Origin: Acidothermus cellulolyticus 11B
Lineage (GTDB): Bacteria; Actinomycetota; Actinomycetes; Acidothermales; Acidothermaceae
Length of the DNA stretch: 32,000 nt
Reading direction: 5' to 3'
Assembly (NCBI RefSeq): GCF_000015025.1
Contig: NC_008578.1
Span: 1,050,001 to 1,082,000, forward strand
The notes under the pieces are model-generated. The model was given only the letters and a program-made list of their open reading frames with translations. It made no database searches and was not told where the DNA came from. Positions 27,653-32,000 of this stretch are shown here, in pieces. Within the stretch, counting starts at the first letter, position 1; each line of letters opens with the position of its first letter. The translations under genes and the position numbers were made by a program.

Positions 27653-28246
27653 ATGACGACCGAGGTGCGGTGCGGCCATTGTGGGGCTCGGATGCGAGCC
27701 GACGCCGCCTGGTGCACCCTCTGCTACACGCCGGCAACTGGTCAGCCGGTCGGGACGGCCCGCCGCGGTGAGCCGGTCGGCTCCGCCGCCAACGGCGCGC
27801 CCGGTGGCGTGACGACCGACACCCGTCCCGCCGCCCGCAGCGCGCTCGCGACGGACGTCGCCGTAACCGCCGCCGGAACCGTCAGGACGGGGACCGCGAC
27901 GGACACCGCCCCGGTTGCGGCGGGTACGGCCGCCGGTGCGATCAGCACGGCCGGTACGGCCGCCGCTGCGACTGCGGTAACGGCCGGCGCCGCTGCGACC
28001 GCGGGCCTAGGCACAGACGCACCATCTCCCGCCTGGCCGTGTCACGGGTGTGGCGCCAGCGTGCCGCTGGAGGAGTCGAGTTGCCCCCACTGCGGCGCCC
28101 CGTTCTTGCCGCCGGTCGATGACACCCGTGCGAAACTGTCCAGGTTCACGAGCAGCGGGTCGAAGGCTCTGATTATGATCCTCGGGTCGTTCGGTATCGG
28201 CCTGCTCCTGATCGCCGGGATGTACGTTCTCGCGACACTCTTCTGA
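27653..28246 (+). CDS. Double zinc-ribbon membrane-anchored protein with an Ala/Thr/Gly low-complexity spacer
   Basis: CGHCGARMRADAAWCTLC sits at the N-terminus and CHGCGASVPLEESSCPHCG near the C-terminus. A terminal TM helix follows (LIMILGSFGIGLLLIAGMYVLATLF). ATG 27653. The ORF is open from 27488. Confidence 0.7.
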   Translation: MTTEVRCGHCGARMRADAAWCTLCYTPATGQPVGTARRGEPVGSAANGAPGGVTTDTRPAARSALATDVAVTAAGTVRTGTATDTAPVAAGTAAGAISTAGTAAAATAVTAGAAATAGLGTDAPSPAWPCHGCGASVPLEESSCPHCGAPFLPPVDDTRAKLSRFTSSGSKALIMILGSFGIGLLLIAGMYVLATLF

Positions 28247-28359
28247 GCACGGCCGGTCGCAGCGGCGAGAACCGTGGCGCTAGTGTGGCGGGCTGCGCCA
28301 GTTCGTGTGATCTGCTGCGCGGAATGGCGGGACAGTCGGAGCGGACGAATGAGGGCGTC

Positions 28360-29304
28360 ATGGGTCTCACCGTAGGGGTGGACGTCGGTGGCACGAAGGT
28401 GGCCGCGGGCGTGGTGGACGACGACGGTGTCATCCTTGCCCAGCTTCGCGAGCCCACTCCTAAGACGGACACGTCGGCCATCGCCGAGGTCATCGCCGGC
28501 ATGGTGGACCAGCTTCGGGCGGATCACCCTGTCGAGGCGGTTGGTGTCGGCGCGGCGGGTTTCATCGACGCGACGCGGACGACGGTGCTCTTCGCCCCTA
28601 ACCTCGCGTGGCGGGATGAACCGCTGGCCGACCGGGTCACCAAGCTGATCGATCTGCCGGTGGTCGTGGAGAACGACGGGAACTGCCACGCATGGGCGGA
28701 GTGGCGGTTCGGGGCGGCCCGCGGCGCGCGTGCCGCCGTCGCCGTCGTCGTGGGCACCGGCATCGGCGGGGGGATGGTCGTCGACGGGCGGCTGTATCGC
28801 GGCGGCTTCGGCATTGCCGGCGAGTTTGGCCATGTGCGGATCGTCCCCGACGGTCTGCCGTGCGGTTGCGGACGCCGCGGGTGCTTTGAGCAGTACGCGA
28901 GCGGCAACGCCCTCGTCCGGTGCGCGCGCCAGCGGGCCGCCGACCAGCCGGCGGATGCCTCCCGCCTCCTCGACGCCGTCCACGGCGATGTGACGCGGAT
29001 CACCGGGCCCGCTGTCACTGAGGCTGCACGGGACGGCGATCCGATTGCGTTGCGTTGCTTCGCGGAGGTGGGCCGCTGGCTCGGCGAGGGTTTGGCGGAC
29101 CTGGCCGCGGTGCTTGACCCGGACTGCTTCGTGATCGGCGGTGGGGTTGCCGATGCCGGCGACATTCTCCTCGAACCGGTACGGTCGGCCTTTGACGCCG
29201 CATTGACCGGGTCGGCGTATCGCCCACATCCGGCAATCCGCCTTGCCGCGTTGGGCAGTGCGGCCGGGCTGGTCGGTGCCGCGGATCTGGCCCGCCGGCG
29301 CTGA
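28360..29304 (+). CDS. glkA: ROK-family glucokinase
   Basis: MGLTVGVDVGGTKVAAGVVDDDG, VVVENDGN, and the zinc motif CGCGRRGCFEQYASG. It resembles S. coelicolor GlkA, as I recall it, along the whole length. ATG 28360. Confidence 0.93.
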   Translation: MGLTVGVDVGGTKVAAGVVDDDGVILAQLREPTPKTDTSAIAEVIAGMVDQLRADHPVEAVGVGAAGFIDATRTTVLFAPNLAWRDEPLADRVTKLIDLPVVVENDGNCHAWAEWRFGAARGARAAVAVVVGTGIGGGMVVDGRLYRGGFGIAGEFGHVRIVPDGLPCGCGRRGCFEQYASGNALVRCARQRAADQPADASRLLDAVHGDVTRITGPAVTEAARDGDPIALRCFAEVGRWLGEGLADLAAVLDPDCFVIGGGVADAGDILLEPVRSAFDAALTGSAYRPHPAIRLAALGSAAGLVGAADLARRR

Positions 29305-29354
29305 GCCGTCTGGCGCTGAACCGCAGGAGATGGCCCACCTGAGAGGACCGCTGG

Positions 29355-30107
29355 GTGATGAGCGGTGATCCTGCCGTCGGGATACCGAGCCCCGAGTGGC
29401 GGGTGCTCTCCTACAACGTGCGGTCACTGCGGGACGACCGGTCCGCCGTCGTCGAAGTGATCCGGACTGTCCGTCCCGATATCGCGTTCGTCCAGGAAGC
29501 GCCACGGTTCTTCCGGTGGCGCACCCGTTGCGCCCAGCTCGCCGCGGACGCCGGGATGTACGTCGTCACCGGCGGCCGGAGCGCCGGCGATGTCCTGCTG
29601 CTCGCAGCGTTGCGGGTCACCATCCGGTGGGCCCGGGACGTGCGGCTCAGCCACCAGCCCGGGTTGCACCGCCGGGGTGTCGCTCTTGCCGGGGTTGAGC
29701 TGGCCGGACGGCGGGCGGTGGTGGCCAGCATCCACCTCGGGTTGGAGCCGGCTCAACGGTTGCGGCACGTCGCGGAGCTGCTCGCCGTCCCCGAGATCGC
29801 CGAAGGCGTCGATCCCGTGATCATCGCTGGTGACGTGAACGAGGAGCCGTCGGGGCCGGCGTGGCGGCGGCTCGCCGAGCGGTACCGGGACGCGTACGGG
29901 GTCGCCCCCGCCGGCAGGGGGGAGACTTACAGCGCCCGTCAGCCGCGAACGCGAATCGACGGGATCTTCGTCGATCCGCGGTTCCAGGTCATCCGATGCG
30001 AGGTCCCCGACCTTCCCGCCGTCCGGCGCGCCAGCGATCACCTGCCGGTGCTGGCCGTGCTGCGGTTGGCCGCAGACGCCGACGCCCGCGCGCCGCAGGC
30101 TTCCTGA
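29355..30107 (+). CDS. Endonuclease/exonuclease/phosphatase (EEP) family protein
   Basis: VLSYNVRSL, DIAFVQEA, IIAGDVNE and the terminal SDHLPVLAVL. The GTG/ATG start at 29355/29358 has GAGAGGA upstream. Confidence 0.85.
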   Translation: MMSGDPAVGIPSPEWRVLSYNVRSLRDDRSAVVEVIRTVRPDIAFVQEAPRFFRWRTRCAQLAADAGMYVVTGGRSAGDVLLLAALRVTIRWARDVRLSHQPGLHRRGVALAGVELAGRRAVVASIHLGLEPAQRLRHVAELLAVPEIAEGVDPVIIAGDVNEEPSGPAWRRLAERYRDAYGVAPAGRGETYSARQPRTRIDGIFVDPRFQVIRCEVPDLPAVRRASDHLPVLAVLRLAADADARAPQAS

Positions 30108-30119
30108 TCCTTGGGTGGT

Positions 30120-30860
30120 TCAGACGACCGCCCCGTCGTTGGGATCGGAGTCGTCGGCCCGGTCGGTGCGCATCCGGTGCACGAGAATGCCGAGCCCAAT
30201 GACGATTCCGGCGATGCCGAGAGTCACGGTTCCCTCGGGAAGCACAGTGGTGAAGGTATTGAGGGCGATGAGCAGGACGCCGATCAGCAGCGCGGTGATC
30301 GCCCACCGGCTTGCCGTCGAGAGCCGTGGCGGTGGCGGCGGGTCGGGGGGGATGAAGTGTTCGTCGAGGATCGTCAGGGGGTCGTACTCGCCGGTCACAC
30401 CGGACGGGGGAGGAGTGGGCGGTTGCGGGGCGGTTGCCGGCGAGCGGAGGATGCGTCGCCGTACGCCGCTCTCTGGAGGGAGGTCTTCCGCCGCCGGCCA
30501 GGGCGGGTCGGTTGGTTCATCGTCGAAGCTGGCCACGAGCTCGGCCCACGCCGTCTCGATGTCGTCCGGCGCGGACGGTGTCGGTGGGCCCTGTTCGCTC
30601 TCCTGAGCCGCATCGCGCAGCTGGGTGCGGAGAATCGCCCGCGCCCGGTCGAAGTGCTCGGCGTCGACCCAGAGCCGGTCGCGCGGAACCGGCGGCAGGG
30701 TCACGTTCAGGTACCCGCCGACTCGACCGCCGCTCGGCACGGCGTACGCCGCAATGCCGTCGCGGCGTAATGCGACCAGCATCGCGTCGGCCAACCGGGG
30801 ATCGAGGTCGGCCAGGGCAAGGTAGGAGCGGGCGACTAATCCGTTGTCCCGGCCCGGCAT
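30120..30860 (-). CDS. Hypothetical membrane protein: N-terminal globular domain, Pro-rich linker, two C-terminal TM helices
   Basis: ATG at 30860. The hydrophobic helices are WAITALLIGVLLIALNTF and LGIAGIVIGLGILV. The position matches a conserved actinobacterial gene next to plsC. I recognised no motif. Confidence 0.65.
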   Translation of the reverse strand: MPGRDNGLVARSYLALADLDPRLADAMLVALRRDGIAAYAVPSGGRVGGYLNVTLPPVPRDRLWVDAEHFDRARAILRTQLRDAAQESEQGPPTPSAPDDIETAWAELVASFDDEPTDPPWPAAEDLPPESGVRRRILRSPATAPQPPTPPPSGVTGEYDPLTILDEHFIPPDPPPPPRLSTASRWAITALLIGVLLIALNTFTTVLPEGTVTLGIAGIVIGLGILVHRMRTDRADDSDPNDGAVV

Positions 30861-30910
30861 GCTTCCATCCTGCCCTTCGCCGCCGTCCCGTGTGCGCTTG
30901 ACCCGGAGTT

Positions 30911-30967
30911 TTCCGGCGACCGGATCCGGTGTTGCTCACCGGCTGGGGACAGTTCCGGTGACCGGAA
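30911..30967. promoter_or_regulatory. Two copies of the palindromic site TTCCGG-N3-CCGGA(A/T) in a divergent promoter region
   Basis: TTCCGGCGACCGGAT lies at 30911-30925 and TTCCGGTGACCGGAA (perfect 6-bp arms) at 30953-30967, a 42-bp spacing. A degenerate third copy, TTCCGTGCCCGG, sits near 30971. Confidence 0.4.
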
Positions 30968-31057
30968 GATTTCCGTGCCCGGTTGGAGATCGCCGGCGCG
31001 ACCGTCGTTCCGGTTGCCGGTCAGCAGTATGGTGCTGGCGTGCCAGGGAGGTGACCG

Positions 31058-31858
31058 GTGCTGTACTGGATTCTCAAGTGGACGCTCGGGGCGGCGCTGC
31101 GCCTCGTGTTCCGGCCGAAGGTGGTCGGGCTAGAGAATGTACCGCGCCGCGGTCCGGCCATCATTGCCAGCAATCATCTGTCGTTCTCCGATTCCTTCTT
31201 CGCACCGCTGGTCATTCCTGGTCGCAAAGTCACGTTCATGGCAAAGGCGGAATATTTCACCGGCGGCGGCCTCAAAGGGTGGTTCAGCCGGCTGTTCTTC
31301 CGCGGCATCGGACAGCTCTCCGTTGATCGTTCCGGTGGCAAGGCGAGTGCCGCGGGGCTGCGCACCGGACTGGAGGTGTTGCGCGCCGGTGAGCTGCTCG
31401 GCATCTACCCCGAAGGCACCCGCTCGCCGGACGGCCGGCTGTACCGCGGCCGGACCGGGGTGGCCCGGATCGCCTTGGAAGCCGGCGTCCCGGTCATTCC
31501 GTGCGCGATGGTCAACACCGAACGGTTGCAGCCTCCGGGGCGCGTCGTCCCCCGGCTGGTGCGTCCCGAAGTGCGGTTCGGCAAACCGCTCGATTTCTCG
31601 CGATATGCCGGAATGGGTGACGACCGGATCGTGCTGCGCGCCGTGACCGACGAGATCATGTATGAGTTGATGCGGCTCTCCGGTCAGGAGTACGTCGACA
31701 TTTACGCGACGAGGGCGAAGGAATTGTTGCGCAAGCACGGTCGTATCGACCCGGAGGCAGTCCGCCGGGACGCGGTTCCGCTTCGCGACGAGGTGCTCCC
31801 GCCGTCCGAGGAGAGGCATGCCGGGGTGTCGTCCGCCGGGGAGGCCACGGCCGGTTAG
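31058..31858 (+). CDS. plsC: 1-acyl-sn-glycerol-3-phosphate acyltransferase (PlsC family)
   Basis: HX4D box ASNHLSFSDSFF, then FMAKAE, YPEGTRS and VPVIPC. The GTG start at 31058 has GGGAGG 7 nt upstream. Confidence 0.9.
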   Translation: MLYWILKWTLGAALRLVFRPKVVGLENVPRRGPAIIASNHLSFSDSFFAPLVIPGRKVTFMAKAEYFTGGGLKGWFSRLFFRGIGQLSVDRSGGKASAAGLRTGLEVLRAGELLGIYPEGTRSPDGRLYRGRTGVARIALEAGVPVIPCAMVNTERLQPPGRVVPRLVRPEVRFGKPLDFSRYAGMGDDRIVLRAVTDEIMYELMRLSGQEYVDIYATRAKELLRKHGRIDPEAVRRDAVPLRDEVLPPSEERHAGVSSAGEATAG

Positions 31859-32000
31859 CGTGCGCCGCGGGAGACGGCGTGGTCCAGGCGGCGCCGTTCC
31901 CACACCGCGGCGCGGACGCCGTCCCGCACCGGCCGGGCGAACTGCCGGGGGGTGGCGACATCGGCCGCCGCGGGTCGCTAGGCTTGCCCGACGGTGGTTC

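Noticed and set aside
46-28359. N-terminal extensions suggested by the ORF track: 46 for the erpA-like gene, 5918 for the peptidase, 9829 for qcrA, 11913 for ctaE, 11829 for trpD, 23015 for the regulator, 27488 for the zinc-ribbon gene, and 28285 for glkA.
   Set aside because: The extensions are Arg/Pro-rich, overlap neighbouring genes, or lack an RBS. The internal starts give protein lengths and N-termini that match the known families and often create 4-nt coupled overlaps.
7230-29505. Other very long shadow ORFs (7230..8825 +, 9727..10815 +, 14018..15055 +, 16563..17984 +, 19809..21797 -, 22501..23595 +, 23611..25329 +, 25515..26471 +, 28042..29505 -).
   Set aside because: They are antisense or out of frame relative to confidently identified genes (qcrB, qcrC, the nuclease fusion, GH9, ripC/pimB, HK, the CpaE-like gene, fadD15, glkA). 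Their composition is low-complexity and Arg-rich.
31859-32000. A possible 3' end of a minus-strand gene entering from beyond the window (stop codon complement at 31978-31980).
   Set aside because: Only about seven codons are visible, so no product can be supported.
1-32000. A genomic island or mobile element explaining the accessory modules.
   Set aside because: I saw no integrase, transposase, recombinase, tRNA target, long terminal inverted repeats or flanking direct repeats. I could not compute composition shifts here.

Overview
This is a high-GC actinobacterial chromosomal segment that is almost entirely coding. I found no rRNA, tRNA, CRISPR array, transposase or integrase.

Backbone: a conserved respiratory and housekeeping block. 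From memory, gene order and orientation match M. tuberculosis Rv2204c..Rv2182c and the S. coelicolor glkA..ctaC region. In window order it holds:
- an ErpA-like Fe-S protein and adenosine kinase;
- ctaC-ctaD-ctaF on the + strand, with 4-nt ATGA/GTGA overlaps;
- ctaE-qcrC-qcrA-qcrB on the - strand, with ATGA overlaps;
- trpD and a DEDD-exonuclease/GIY-YIG fusion;
- a cyclic-di-AMP (ydaO-class) riboswitch ahead of a RipC-like NlpC/P60 endopeptidase;
- a PimB-like GT4 mannosyltransferase, a FadD15-like acyl-CoA ligase, GlkA glucokinase, an EEP-family protein and PlsC.

Modules that look lineage-specific:
1. A divergent pair between ctaF and qcrB: an archaeal/ER-type (SipW-like) signal peptidase and a seven-blade RCC1-repeat protein carrying a TasA/camelysin-style SipW-cognate signal peptide.
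2. A secreted GH9-CBM3c-PT linker-CBM2 endoglucanase, with a roughly 670-nt repeat- and palindrome-rich upstream region.
3. A tightly coupled CpaE/TadZ-like ATPase, GAF histidine kinase and NarL regulator with no other tad genes in the window.
4. Small regulators: a degenerate receiver, a stand-alone Lrp/AsnC RAM domain and a CxxC mini-protein.

The best candidate for an under-described system is the dedicated peptidase and propeller pair. Nothing in the window resembles a known defence island. All calls rest on motif recognition by eye, and start codons are frequently ambiguous in this GC range.
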